Origin: Neocallimastix sp. 'constans'
Lineage: Eukaryota
Length of the DNA: 64,000 nt
Direction: 5' to 3'
Assembly: GCA_050613775.1 (NCBI GenBank)
Contig: JBODTK010000110.1
Location: 1 to 64,000, forward strand
The notes beneath the pieces were generated by a model. That model had not been told where the DNA came from. It saw only the letters and a program-made list of their open reading frames with translations, and made no database searches. Both the position numbers and the translations under genes were made by a program. Shown here one piece after another: positions 13,797 through 29,591 of this stretch (the first letter of the stretch is position 1; each line of letters starts with the position of its first letter).

Positions 13797-14940
13797 ATTC
13801 TTGTTGGACTTGTTCTTTTTTCTTTTTCATTAAAAGCTTTTTTTGTTCCTTCTTCATTTTTCTTCTTTCCTTTTTCTCCTTTTTCTTTCTTTCTTTCTCC
13901 AATCTTCTTGCTTTTTCTTCTTTTTCTTCTTTCGCACTACTAGCATTTAATGAATCCATATAACCTGCTGTAATAATACCTGAAGGTAAAGCTATCAAGG
14001 CGACACCACAAACAGATGAAATCATGGCAATTACTCTTCCTTCAACGGTAAGTGGATAGAGATCACCATAGCCGACCGTTGTTAAAGATACTGTAGCCCA
14101 GTATACTGCACTGAAGAAATTATCAAAGGTATCTCCTTCTACATTAAAAATAATTAATGCTGAAATTAAAACATAACCCGCTGCTAGACCTACCACGGCG
14201 GATAATGGTCTCTTAGAATTTTTTATGACTTCTGCAATAATATTGATACTGTTTGAGTATCGAAAAGCTTTGACAGCTCGAATGATTCTAAGGGTCTTGA
14301 TTAAATTAAGAATTCTTAGAAGTTTCAAACCACTATATAAGAATTTCAGAGATGGTAAAATGGAAAGAAGATCAATAATAGCCCAAGGAGTGAAAGGATA
14401 AATAATAAAAGAAAGAAAGCGTATCCTTGTTTTTAGTTTATAATCAGCTGTAATTAATCTAAAGAGGTAATCCATAATGAAGATAGAGACAACAACTTTT
14501 TCCATATAATCAAAGAAGACATAAGATTCTTTGAAAGTTAGAGGAACTAAACTTAAAATGATCGTTATAATAATTAAAACATCATAAACTGCACTGACCG
14601 TATCTCCAGAATTTGCTACTTCAATAATTTGGAATAATCTTTTTCGAAAACCTTTTTCCCTATCATATTTTTGTTTATAATCATCTTCACCTTTATCTTC
14701 ATTTACCATTCCTTCTTTACTGATATATCTACTACCTTTATTACTTTCATCATCTGTTTCACTTTCAGTTTCACTTTTATTTTCAATTTTTATTTTAACA
14801 TCGTTCTCATTCTCAAACTCATTATCATCAATCTTATTATTCTTAATGACATTACTATTTTGATTATTTTCTATCTCAGGTTTAATATCATTATTTTCTT
14901 TCATATTATTATCTATATTCATATTATTATCTTTATTCAT
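13795..14940 (-). CDS. 6TM voltage-gated potassium channel (bacterial ion transporter-like), copy 1, 381 aa
   Basis: Selectivity filter TTVGYGD, pore helix FFSAVYWATVS, S4 with periodic basic residues LKLLRILNLIKTLRIIRAVKAFR, S3 AIIDLLSILP. No introns. Confidence 0.93.
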
Positions 14941-15428
14941 ATTTTTGGAATTAAATTCATCAAATTTATTAATTTCATATGCCTTTTTTTACTTTTATTT
15001 TTATTTTTATTTTTTTCTTTTGTTATTATTATTATTAATTTTTTTAATTTTTTTTTATTAATACCTTTTTTTTTTTTTTTTTTTTTTTTTTTTCTAATTT
15101 TGTTATTCTAATAAAAAAAAATTTTTTTTTTTATAAATTAAATTTTATGATTATAAGAAATTATTTAAATTTAATTTTTATATCTATAAAAATAAAAAAT
15201 TTATATTAATACATTTTTTTTTTTTTTAATATATATATATTTTTTTATGTGTAAAATTTTAAAATTTAGAATAAAGAAATTTAAAAATCAAGTAGATTTA
15301 AAAATAATACATAAATGAGTTTTACATAAAATATATATATTTATATAAATTATATATCAGTATTCCTTTTTTTTTTTTGTAAATCACTGATTATGTGACA
15401 ATTTTACAATTTTTTTCTTTATATTATA

Positions 15429-15459
<31 letters not shown>

Positions 15460-17101
15460 AATAATAAAAATAAAAAAATTAAAATAATAATAATAATAAA
15501 AAAAAAAAAATTAAAAATAAGATTTTCATAGATAGAGTTAAATAAAAAATATAAATATATAAAACATTGGCAATGAGAATATAAAACAAAATTAAATTAA
15601 AAAAAAAAATAGAAATTAAAATAAAAATACATAATAATAAAATTCAAATTTTAAATAAACATTCTCAATTTTTTGAATAAATTTAGTTCTTAAAAATTTT
15701 ATTCAATATTAATGCGTATATTTTTATATTTAAATTTTATAATTTAATTTAATTAATTTATATATATATATATATATTTTTTTTTTGGTATAATAATTTT
15801 TTTTTCATTTTTTTTCATTTTTTTTTTTTATATTTTTTATTGAAAAAAAAAATTATATATATATATATTTATAGAATTTTTTATACTATTTCTCTTATAA
15901 TAAATTGTTTTTTTTATAAAAAAAAATTTTTTTGGAAAAAAAAAAGAAAGAGATATTTCACTTTTAATGTATATTATTATGTTTTTTTTTTTTTTTTTTT
16001 TTTTTTGTAATTTTATTTTAATATATATATTAAATATTAAATAAATAAGATTAAAGAAATTTTTATAAATATTATAATTGTGATTAATTAATAATATTTA
16101 AAAACTTTATTCTAAAAAGAAAAATTTACAAACATTTTATTTACTTTCTTTCTTGATCATCATTATTTTTAATATTATATTTTGCAATTAACTTGTATAT
16201 TTATATTTTTATATTATAAACAACTATTTTTAACAAAAGATTATAAAAGATAAAATTTATACTTTTTTTTTTTTTTTTTTTTTTTTTTAATTACAATACA
16301 GTATAATTTTTTTTTTTATTCCTTTAATTATATCTTATTTTTTTGTTTTATTCTTTTTATATTATAAAGAGCTTATTTTTAACAAAAGATTAAAAAGGTT
16401 TAAACTTTTTTTTTTTTTTTTTAATTACTAATAAGTATAATTTTTTTTATTCTTTAAATTAAAACTAATTATCATATGTCTTATTTTTCTTTTTATTCCT
16501 TTTTTATAATAAACAACTATTAATAACAAAAGATTATAAAAGTAAAAATCTTTACTTCTTTTTCTTTAATTACTATTGAGTATAATTTTTTTTTTTCATT
16601 CTTTAAATTAAACTTTTTATCATATGTCTCATTTTTCTTTAAAAAAAAAAAAAAAAATTTAACCAATTCATATTATTTTAAATTTGAAATTAAATAAAGT
16701 GCACTAATTATTAAAATATATATGATTAGTAAATATAATTTATAATATTTTGGTTTAATATTAATTTATAATAAATGAAAAGTAATACTTCTACCATTAT
16801 CAAGACACAATTTTTATGTTATTGAAAAATTAACATATTATAAAAAAATTAAACCTTCATAGATAAAAAAAAAAAAAAAAATTATTATTATTATTATTAT
16901 TAAAAAATTTATCTATGTTGTTTTCTTTTTTATTCTATTAAAAAAAAAAAAAAAAAAAGTAAAAATTATATAATAAAAATTTGACTTATTTTTGTTTATC
17001 TTTTTTTATTTATTTATTTATTTATTTAAAAAGGTTTTTTTTTTAATGGAATATGGTGGTTAGGATTTCATGTAAGTATGTCCATGTCCCTCTTTTATAT
17101 A

Positions 17102-17152
<51 letters not shown>

Positions 17153-17153
<1 letters not shown>

Positions 17154-17638
17154 GAGATACTGAACTAATTGAGAGAGAGAGAGGGAGGGAGGCAATTGCA
17201 CTAATACTTGTATATTTAAGAGGAAATTACTACTAGCATTTGGGTACATGATTTCATGTATCCATAGGAGATATATTCTACTAAATTCTAAATTGCAATT
17301 TTTCCGACATTTATGCATTTTTGCTAAGGGAGCTTAGTACAAATATCTATGGGTTAGACTATATTACCCCCCTCAACCCTTCAAAGGGAAGTTACGAAAC
17401 TGGCGAAGCATTCCGGAGAAGTAGTTATCAGAAAAATTCTTAACAATAATATGCATATCAGCATGCCAAATGCTGAAAACACTCAGTAAGGTCATCATCT
17501 AATAGGTAGTAGGGACAATTCTGCCTTTAAAAAAAAAAGGAAGTTATGTGACGACCTTCAATATTTCCATTACTCCTTGAAGGGGAGAGGGGAGCTGAAA
17601 TCAAGGATGATACATTCAAGAAATAAAAAAAAAAAAAA
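17153..17638 (+). mobile_element. Probable 3' fragment of another non-LTR subfamily between the two K+ channel genes
   Basis: Higher-GC island starting after (TTA)n and ending in an A-run. It carries the shared hairpin at 17463-17495 (gccaaatgctgaaaacactcagtaaggt). Confidence 0.5.
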
Positions 17639-17770
17639 TGAAAAAAAAAATTTTCTTTTTATTTATTTAAAATGTAAATAATATATTTTTCAGAGTATAT
17701 AATATAATAGGTACAATGACTTTTTTTTTTTTTTTTTTTTTGTTGAAATAAATAAATATTTTATTTAAAA

Positions 17771-17813
<43 letters not shown>

Positions 17814-18619
17814 CTTTTAAAATTATTCATTATTTAAAAAAAAAAATTAAAATTAAAAATAAAAATAAAAATGACTAGAATATATAAAATAAAAATAAAA
17901 ATAAAAATGACTAAAATATTTTTTAAAAAAATAAAAAAAAAAAAAAATTACTATAATAAATCATCTTAAATTATAAAAATAATATAATAATAGTTATGAA
18001 TATTTATATAGTTTATTTTTATTGTAAATAAATTTTTTTAATAATACTACAGTATTAAACTATATTTTATTATTATTATTATTATTATTATTTTATTTTA
18101 TTTTTTTTATTTTTTTTTAAGCTTGCTTATTCTTTTTATAAAAAAAAAATTTTTTTTTCTAATATTTTTTTTCTTCAATTATAATAATATATTATTTTTA
18201 TATTATTTATTTTTAAATATATATATAATTTTTTTTTTCAATTCATATCATCTTAATTATTCAAGTATAATTTTAACTTATTAATATATAATCTTATAAT
18301 TTATTAACAATTAATAAAATTATAATAAAAACTGAAAAGTTCAAAGTATATATTATTATATTATTTTATCAAAATAAATAATATAATTAATTTTTTTTAT
18401 ATATACCTATAAATATAATATAAATATTTTTATATAAATGAATTAATTATATAAAGTTTTTTGTTATCTTTTATATCTAAATTGTAAAATAATAACATTT
18501 CAGTTAGATCTGATAGTAATATAATTAGTAATAATAATTGTAATGTAATAATAATAATAAAATCAATTATTTATTGTTATTATTATTTTACAATTACAGT
18601 AAAATCAATTATTTTACTG

Positions 18620-18670
<51 letters not shown>

Positions 18671-18686
18671 TATATAATTCTAAATG

Positions 18687-19901
18687 TTATTCTTGTGAAT
18701 GTCCTTTTTTTAGTTTCTTCTTCATTTTTTTTCTTTCCTTTTTCTCCATTTTTTTTCTTTCTTTCTCCAATCTTTTTGCTTTTTCTTCTTTTTCTTTTTT
18801 TGCACTACTAGCATTTAATGAATCCATATAACCTGCTGTAATAATACCTGAAGGTAAAGCTATCAAGGCGACACCACAAACAGATGAAATCATGGCAATT
18901 ACTCTTCCTTCAGTGGTATGTGGATAGATATCACCATAGCCGACCGTTGTTAAAGATGTTGTCGCCCAGTACACTGCACTGAAGAAATTATCAAAGGTAT
19001 CTCCTTCTACATTAAAAATGATTAATGCTGAAATTAAAATATAACCCAATGCTAGACCTACCACCGCGGATAATGGTCTCTTAGAATTTTTTATGACTTC
19101 TGCAATAATATTGATACTGTTTGAGTATCGAAAAGCTTTGACAGCTCGAACAATTCTCAGTGTCTTGATTAAATTAAGAATTCTTAGAAGTTTCAAACCA
19201 CTATATAAGAATTTCAGTGATGGTAAAATGGAAAGAAGATCAATGATAGCCCAAGGAGTGAAAGGATAGATAATAAAAGAAAGAAAGCGTATCCTTGTTT
19301 TTAGTTTATAATCAGCTGTAATTAATCTAAAGAGGTAATCCATAATGAAGATAGAGACAACAACTTTTTCCATATAATCAAAGAAGACATAAGATTCTTT
19401 GAAAGTTAGAGGAACTAAACTTAAAATGATCGTTATAATAATTAAAACATCATAAACTGCACTGACCGTATCTCCAGGATTTGCTACTTCAATAATTTGA
19501 AATAATCTTTTTCGAAAACCTTTTTCCCTATCATATTTTTGTTTATAATCATCTTCACCTTTATCTTTATTTACTATTCCTTCTTCATTACTGATATATC
19601 TACTACCTTTATTACTTTTATCATCCGTTTCACTTTCAGTTTCACTTTTATTTTCAATTTTTATTTTAACATCGTTCTCAATCTCAAACTCATTATCATC
19701 AATCTTATTATTCTTAATGACATTACTATTTTGATTATTTTCTATCTCAGGTTTAATATCATTATTTTCTTTCATATTATTATCTATATTCATATTATTA
19801 TCTATATTCATATTATTATCTATATTCATATTTTTGGAATTAAATTCATCAATCTTATTAATTTCATATGTTTTTATTGCGTCATTTTGACTATTATCCA
19901 T
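18687..19901 (-). CDS. 6TM voltage-gated potassium channel, copy 2, 404 aa (tandem paralog)
   Basis: Near-identical to 13795-14940 with the TTVGYGD filter. It keeps a longer N-terminus with extra NMNIDN repeats. Confidence 0.93.
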   Translation of the reverse strand: MDNSQNDAIKTYEINKIDEFNSKNMNIDNNMNIDNNMNIDNNMKENNDIKPEIENNQNSNVIKNNKIDDNEFEIENDVKIKIENKSETESETDDKSNKGSRYISNEEGIVNKDKGEDDYKQKYDREKGFRKRLFQIIEVANPGDTVSAVYDVLIIITIILSLVPLTFKESYVFFDYMEKVVVSIFIMDYLFRLITADYKLKTRIRFLSFIIYPFTPWAIIDLLSILPSLKFLYSGLKLLRILNLIKTLRIVRAVKAFRYSNSINIIAEVIKNSKRPLSAVVGLALGYILISALIIFNVEGDTFDNFFSAVYWATTSLTTVGYGDIYPHTTEGRVIAMISSVCGVALIALPSGIITAGYMDSLNASSAKKEKEEKAKRLEKERKKMEKKERKKMKKKLKKGHSQE

Positions 19902-20098
19902 AATTTGATATTACTTGTATTAAAGTTTATTATTAATGCTTTATATATATAATAATATTCATATATTTAAGTATATATATATAATATTATAAATTTATAT
20001 ATAGAAATAAATGTATTTATATATATATTTTTTTTAAAAGAAAAAATTATATTATATACATATACGTATAAATTTTTTATATATAAATATTTTTTTTG

Positions 20099-20133
<35 letters not shown>

Positions 20134-20198
20134 GTTTATTTCAAACACTTTGAATGAGGATGAATTTACAATTAAATTTTTTTAAATATTAAATATTA

Positions 20199-20234
<36 letters not shown>

Positions 20235-20574
20235 ATATTAAATTATTATATAGATATTAACATTTATATTTATTTTGATGTAATTTTTTTTATTATTAAT
20301 TATTTAGAAATGAATGTTTTAAAATAATTTTTTTTTTTTTTTTTTTTTTTATTTTAATTTTATATTTATTCTTATTCATTCTTATTATTTTTTTTTTTTA
20401 AATTTGAGGTAATGATAAATGATATATTAAACATGAAATAATAAGTTTTAAAATTAGATGTAATAAAAAATGAGATTAAAACAAATGAATCATAATCATT
20501 AAAAAAGAAAATTGAAAATAAAAAGATAATTAAAAATAGAAATATATAAATTTAAAAGTTTAATAAAGCAAACT

Positions 20575-20605
<31 letters not shown>

Positions 20606-20621
20606 TTGGTTAAAAAAAATC

Positions 20622-20652
<31 letters not shown>

Positions 20653-20839
20653 ATTAAACCATGTTTATTGTAAAACAAAGAAAATACACGTGTAATCTTT
20701 AAATTAAAATATAATTTAATTATTAATTAGTTTATTTAGTATACATGGAAAAACTGTAAATTTAAAAAAATTAAAGTTTAAAAAAGTTGTCCAAAAAAAA
20801 AAAGTTTTCCATTTTCAGTATTTAAGTCTATATATTCTA

Positions 20840-21264
<425 letters not shown>

Positions 21265-21349
21265 TAATAATAATAATAATAATAATAATAATTTATATAT
21301 ACATATATATTAATTTTACACTTTTTTAATTATTAATTTCTAAATCGTT

Positions 21350-21399
<50 letters not shown>

Positions 21400-23003
21400 C
21401 AATAAAATGGTTCAAATTAATAACAGTGATAAAATATATTTATGCCTGTACTAGCTATTTTTTTTTTTTTTTATTTATTCATTTATTGAAATTTTTTTTT
21501 CCACATAATTAATATTTAAAAAAAAAAAAAAAAAATTAAAACCCTAAAACCAAAAAACTATAAATAAAAATCAGAGGAAAATAGTATATAAAAAAAAATA
21601 ATAATAAATATTAGTTAATCTAAATTTTTATGATTATCATATTATTTTAAAAAACAATGAATAGACATTATTCATTTTAAATTCAAATAATTATTTTAAA
21701 AAATCCTTTTATTGGAAATAAGGTAAAAAATATAACCTATTTTTTTTTTTTTTTTTTTATTTTTAATTTTTTTTAGAATGATTAATAATATATTATGCAA
21801 TATGCATTATAAAGATTTAAAAATTTTCCATGTAATATTAATATACAAAATTTTTCTAATTACCTATTTTTTTATATATAGAAATAAACTTTTTTTTATT
21901 TTTTTTTTTTTTTTATTTTTTATTAATTTATTAATCATTTTATTTTATTTTATTTTATTTTTTTTTTTATTTTTTATTAATTTATTAATCATTTTATTTT
22001 TTTTTTATTGAATAATTAAAATAATTTGTTTATTTTATTATTATAAATATTCCAATTTTATTTAAATTAATATATATAATTTAAAATTATTTAAATATTA
22101 AATATTAAATATAATAAAAATGTAATAAGTGAAAACTTAAAACTATTACAATTGACAATGACAGTTTATTATGATAAATAATATAGCAATAATTTTTTTT
22201 ATTTTAATGAAGTATTTCTATAAAATATAATAATTACTTTTTTTTTTTTTTTTTTTTTTTAATAATAAATTTCAAAAAGTATAATAGTAACCTTTGAATA
22301 ATATATAGAATCTTTTTTTTTTATATATAATTTATTAATTTAAACAATACTTTCTCACTTTCTCATTTGTATATTAATGCTATCATATTTATTACATATT
22401 TAATATATATATATGTAAGAAAAAAAAAAAATTATTTAAGAAAAAGTTAAGTATCAAGTTAAAAAAAAAAAATTTTAAATTTAATATAAAAAATATTTTA
22501 ATATATATATATATTATTACTTTAAAATATAATTTTTTCTTTTTTTTATATTTAAAGAAAAATTTAGATCATCTATCAATTTAATTTTTTTTTTTTAAGA
22601 AAATATATTTCCATTTATAATATTATAATTTTTGTTAGTTTAATGATTTAAATATAACTAAATATGACAGGATTTTTTTTATTTTATTTTTATTTTATGT
22701 ATTTAAAGTATTTTAATTTTTATTTTATTTAATTTTTATTTTATTTAATTTTTATTTTATTTAATTTTAATTTTAATTTTATTTAATTTTTTATATAATT
22801 TTTTTTTTTTTCTGATTTTTTACTTGTGGAAAGTTTTAATTTTATTTTATTTATTTTTTTTATTTAAAGTAATTTTTTTTTATCCTTTTTTATTAATACT
22901 TTTTTTTTTCTATACAATGAACATATATATTTAAATAATCTTATTTTTAAAAAAAAATAAAACGTAGACCAATATACAAAACAGAAAAAGGCTATCAAAA
23001 AGC

Positions 23004-23042
<39 letters not shown>

Positions 23043-23057
23043 TTTATATCTGATATA

Positions 23058-23094
<37 letters not shown>

Positions 23095-23350
23095 AAAGAT
23101 GACCGAGATTATTTTTCCCACAAATATTATAGATTTTTTTTTTTTTAAATTTTAATGTGATAATAGTAATATTTACAGTATATTTGAAAGATTATAAAGT
23201 TTTGAATAATTTTTTTTAGAAAATTTTAAATCATTAATAAAGGGTATAAAAAAGGTAAAATGGAAAACAAAAAATTGAAAAAGAGAAAAAAAATTTTTAA
23301 AGAGGTATCTTAAATGTTTTATATTTATTTATATAGGTAATAACCAATTC

Positions 23351-23390
<40 letters not shown>

Positions 23391-23902
23391 TATAATAAAA
23401 AAAAATATTTAAAGATAATTTCAATGTTTTTAATTAAATAAAAATAATAATAATAATAATAAATATATTAATAAAACAAACATTACACTAATAATATCTA
23501 CATTTTTTTCTCCATCATTATATATAATTTTTCGCGATAAATGATAGTTTTTTTTTTTTTATAAAAAAAATTATGAAGTAATTATTATATCTTTTAATCA
23601 ATTATAATGTCTTTTTCATTATCGTCTCTATTTTTAAATCGATATTAAATAAATACCAGTTTTCTTCATCAATATATTTTTTTCTACTATTTTCATTTTC
23701 TATTACGTTTTCATTATTATTTTTGACATCCTTTATAGCTTTCTCCATTAATATTGATATTACTCATTCAACATATTAATACTATCACTCTCATAATTTT
23801 AATTTATTTTTTCAATTTTTTTTTTTTTTAGACATTTATTATTTTTCCTTTTTATATTTATATAAAATTTCATAATTATTTTATTAATATACCATTAAAT
23901 AT

Positions 23903-23955
<53 letters not shown>

Positions 23956-24416
23956 CTCAGATATTTTTTATTTTTTTGTTTTATTATTATTTATTATGTA
24001 TATATATATATTTTTTTTTTATAATAATTAGATTAATATTCTCTATTATATTTGTAATTTGATTTGTAAAATAACTATTTTTATTTTTTTTTTTTAAATA
24101 TATAAAAATATATATAATATGTTTTATAGCTTTATTAAAGAATTTTTTTTATTATTTTTAAGTACTTTTTTTTTTTTTTTTTTCCTTTCTTGAAAGAAAA
24201 ATTAAAAAATTTTAAAATATTTTTTTATATATATATAAACTATGGTTGTTTAAGTTGATACTAGTTTGAACAATATTTGCATATATTTGGCATACAAATA
24301 CAATCAAACAACCTATATCGTTTATATCAATGTAATGTATAAAAAATATAATAAGTTTAAAAAATTAAAACATAAAAATATTATAATATTATAATAAATA
24401 AAGTTTATAAGATTTT

Positions 24417-24468
<52 letters not shown>

Positions 24469-24938
24469 TTCATCATATTTTTAAAATAATAGTTTTTGTT
24501 TTTTTTTATTTGTTTTTATAGTAGTTTTATATATAACTATGTATAATATTATTTGTATATGATAATTTGATATTTATATATTGTTATAATAATAATTATA
24601 TTGAAATATTTTGAATATAAACAAAAATGTTGATAATATTATTATTAAATTATTAATTAATCATTATTTTTGTTATTTTTAATATTATTATTAGTCTTCT
24701 AGAATTACTTTTGAATAATTATTTTATAATAAAAATTATCCTTATTAAAGATGATGCAATAATATCTACAACAACAAAAAAAATTTTTTTTCTTTTCTTT
24801 TTTAATGGGAAATATTATTAACATATGATATATATATATATTTTTTTTTAAATAATTAATTTTTCTTCAGTTTTTTTGTTTATCATTTTTTAAAATCAAA
24901 ATTACTACCACCATCATCACTACTACTACTACTACTAC

Positions 24939-24981
<43 letters not shown>

Positions 24982-26034
24982 TAAGATCGAGTTAGAGAAT
25001 ATTAAATGAACATTATTATTTTTCTGTGTAACTTCAAAATTATATTTTTTATGGTAAGTATATCAATTAAATATTAATTCTTTTCACCTTTTATATATAA
25101 ATATATATATAATATATATTATTATTATTATTAAATATTTAATTCTATTCTTTATTTTTTTTAGTTAATATTTTTTTTTATTCTGAGTTTAAATCATAAT
25201 AATTATAATAAAAATGAAAATCAAAAATCTATAAAAAAAAAAAAAAATCTAAAATAAAAAATTAAAATAAAAAATAAAAAAAAAAAAAAAAAATTTTCAA
25301 TTACTTTAAAATAAAAAGTTTAAAAGTTTTTTTTTTATTTTTTTTTTATTTTATTTTATATATATATAAATATTTTTTTTAATAACTAAAAAAATGAAAA
25401 AAAAAAAAAATGAATACTTAATATTATTAATATTATTATTAGAAAAGTTTAAATTATTATTAACTATAAAATAAATATATTTAATCAATGATTAATGTAT
25501 TTACTAATTTTTTTTTTTTTTTCTTATTTACCATAATAGTTATATATATAACATTAAACTACTACTATTAATATTTAAAATTATATCAATTTTTTTAATC
25601 ATTTGAGCTTCTATTTTATTATCAACTATTTTAAAAATAAAATTAATTTTTATAATAAATTATATGACTATTTTTATTATATTTAAAGTTTTAATAAAAA
25701 TATATTTTTAGAGATTGTTTTAAAACTTTTTTCCTTAAAATATATATGAACATAAAGTATATATATATATTCTAGCTATTAATAATATATATATTAGATT
25801 ATTATTAGTTTTGTATTTATAATTATTACTTATATATTTTTTACTTTCTTTTTTTTTATTTTATTTTTTATTTTTTTCTATCTTTTATTTTTTTTTTTTT
25901 CTATCTTTTAAAATAGATAATAAATCATAATAATAAAATACAAAAATAAAAAGAAATAAAAATAAAAAAAAAAAAAGAAAAAAGACAGAAAAAAAAAATA
26001 AAAATAAAAATAAGAATAAAAAATATAAAAAGAA

Positions 26035-26077
<43 letters not shown>

Positions 26078-26084
26078 TACAAAA

Positions 26085-26343
26085 ATGGAAATTGTATATG
26101 TCTATCAAAAGAAAAGAAAAGAATTTGGTAAACAACCATTATTCAAAGATAAACCTGCATGGCAATCTGTAGATATTGCCCCTGATCCAAGTTATATGGA
26201 AAATTATACTGAAAAGAAATATTGTTCCGTAGAATGTCAATGTGTTCCTGAACAGTCTGAACATGAAGTAATAAATAATAAATGGATTATTTATATTTAT
26301 ATATATATATATATATTTTTTTTTTTTTTCTTTTCTTTTTTTC

Positions 26344-26381
<38 letters not shown>

Positions 26382-27922
26382 CATATCTATATATTTACAT
26401 TAAAAGAATCAATTTAGTGTTATACAATGAAAGAATAATAGTATTAAAAAATAAAAAAAAAAAAAAAAAAATTATTGAAGAAATATGTTTAAGGAATTTC
26501 TTTATATTTATTAATAGTTTTTCACCTTTATATATATATATATATAATACACACATAAATGTATAAAAATATTTTATTATTATTTAATTAAATTTTTTAT
26601 AATTAATTATAAAATGTGTATATATATTTTTATATTTTATATTTAAAAAAATAAATGAATAATATGTAAAGGTTAATACAGAAAGTTTAAGCTTTTCAAA
26701 TCAAGGTATATTACATTTACAAGGAGGATGGCCAAAGGATGTTGATCCATCGGATGTTGAACATACTATTCGTTTTAGAAAAAAGATTGAAAAAGATGAA
26801 GAATATATTAAAGTTATTAAAAACCTTGGAGATGTAAGTGAAAAAAAAAATTATTAATTATATATATATATAATTATTTTTTATTTTGTTCTAAAGAAAA
26901 AAAAAATTGTTATTTATTAACAAATAATATACAATTTATAAATTTTATATCAATATTTAAATATATATTATATAAAATTATTATAAAAATTGCAATTTTA
27001 TTATTATTAATGAAAAATATAATCAATTATTAAATATATAAAACTTCTTTCTTACTCTTTATTAAAAAAAAAATATAAATGATTATTACTATAATGAAAA
27101 TAATTACAATAACAATAATAATAAAAAAAAAAAAATTATTATCATTATTATTATTATTATAATTATTATATTGAATTGATTTTATAAATTAATAAAAAAG
27201 TCTATGGAACAATGCATTAAGCAAAATAATGCAATTGATATTTACGAAGAATATTTCAAGGAAGAAATTGAATCTGAACCTCCAGTGGTTGAACCTCCTT
27301 CAATTAAAACCTATAATGTTTATCGGTAATTATTTAATATTATTTTTTTTTTTTTATTTCCTTAATTATATTATCTACTTTATTAATTAATTATTGATAT
27401 TTGCAATTTTTTTATAAACTCTATATAATAAAATAAAAATTATTATAATTATTGATTTTAATATTTTCTTTCTCTCTATAAATATATATATTATTTAAAA
27501 TTCATTTGCTTTTATTATTATTATTATTATTTTTTTTCGGTATTTCATATAGTGATCCAAATGCTATTAAGAGAGCAGCTACCTGTGTATCTTGGTATCC
27601 AGATGATAATCATAAAATTGCTGTTGCTTACTCTATTCTTCAATTCCAAAAAATGCCATACAATATGTGTCTTGATTCATATATTTGGGATATTGAAAAT
27701 CCAAACGTTATTGATCAAACTATCACCCCATCTTCACCATTAGTTACCCTTAAATATAATCCAAAAGATCCACATATTTTAATTGGTGGTTCATATAATG
27801 GTCTTGTTTGTAAGTTAAAAAAAAAAAAATTTAATAAAAAAAAAATTTTTTTTTTTTAAATAATATTTATATAATTTTATATCAATTTAAAATAATATAT
27901 ATATAATTATAAATTTTCTAAT

Positions 27923-27958
<36 letters not shown>

Positions 27959-29543
27959 CAAAATTTTTCTTCTATGACATATAAATAAAATAAAAAATAA
28001 AATAAAATATATAAAATTAATAAAAATAAAAAAAAAAAATAATTAAGCTTACTGGGATTTAAGAAAAGGTCAATATCCAGTGGATACTTCTTTAATTGAA
28101 AAAAGTCATAATGATCCAGTATTTGGTTTATCCTGGATTCAATCCAAATCTGGTTCTGAATTCTTCTCGGTTTCTACCGATGGTAAATGTTTATGGTGGG
28201 ATATTAGAAAATTAAGTGAACCCACTGAAACTTTAATGATTGATGCTGAAAAGAATGGTAAAATTGTTGGAGGTACAACAATTGATTTTGAATCAACAAT
28301 GGTAAATAAAAATAAAGATTAAAAAAAAAAAAAATTAAATAATTACATCTCTTTTCATATAATAAATAAATAAATAAATAATTAAATAATTACATCTATT
28401 TTCATATAATAAATAAATAAATAATTAATTAATTATATTTAAAATTTTTTTTTATTTATTTTTTTTTTTTTTATTCTCAAAATTATCTGATTTATTTTAT
28501 ATATATATATATATTTATTTATAAAAGCCAACTAAATTCATGATTGGTACAGAAACTGGTAATATTTTAATTTGTAATAAAAAAGGTAAAACACCTGCAG
28601 AAAAAATAGTTCACAATTATCCAGCTCATTTAGGTCCAATTTATTCATTAAGAGTATGTTAAAAATAAGGATATATTATATATATATATACTAAATTTAG
28701 TAAAATTATAAAATAACCTATAATGATAATATATATATATATACCTTATTCATTTATATAATTTTTTTTTTAATTTTTATTTATATTTTATCAGAGAAAT
28801 CCATTCTTCTTAAAGAATTTCTTAACTATAGGAGATTGGTCTGCAAAGGTATATTTATTATAAATATTTTTTTCTTTAAAAAAAAAAATAAGACAAAAAA
28901 AAAAAACCAATAAATAATAATAAAAATAACAATAATTTTAGTAAAATTTATTATTAATTAATTATTAAATAATTTTTTTATTATTAATGATACTAAATAA
29001 TTTTTTTTTTTTTTTTTAGATTTGGTCTGAAGATGTTAAGTATCCACTTCTTATATCGAAGAATTCAACTCCATACTTAACAGATGGTTGTTGGAGTACC
29101 TCACGTCCAAGTGTATTATATACTACTAAAATGGATGGTTCAATTGATGTTTGGGATCTTCTTTTACAACAAAATGATCCAATTTTAACCTTCCAAGTTT
29201 GTAATGCACCAATTCATACAATTCAAGCCCAAGATCAAGGTAAAATGTTGGCTGTTGGTGCTAGAGATGGTACTACTACTCTTCTTGGACTTTCAGAAAG
29301 TCTTATTAATATTCAAAATAATGAAAAGAAAGTATTTTCTGAAGTAAGTAGTAAAAAAATATATATATATATATATCTTATAATTCAGTTTAAATTAAAT
29401 TTATATATAACAAGAAAATTAATTAAAAAAATAAAAAATAATAAAATAAAAATAATAAAAAAAAAATGACAAAAATAAAAATGATAAAAATTAAATGATA
29501 AAAATAAAAATGATAAAAATAAAGATGATAAAAACGATACAAA

Positions 29544-29591
<48 letters not shown>

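Noticed and set aside
14671..15111. Antisense ORFs over real genes (also 19539-19952, 5059-5286, 54971-55253, 55346-55678, 62758-62997)
   Set aside because: Shadow frames of the K+ channel, TLDc, LINE and Asn-rich sequences.
23560..23800. Coding-like stretch on the minus strand
   Set aside because: Multiple stops and no recognisable motif, so a gene call cannot be supported.
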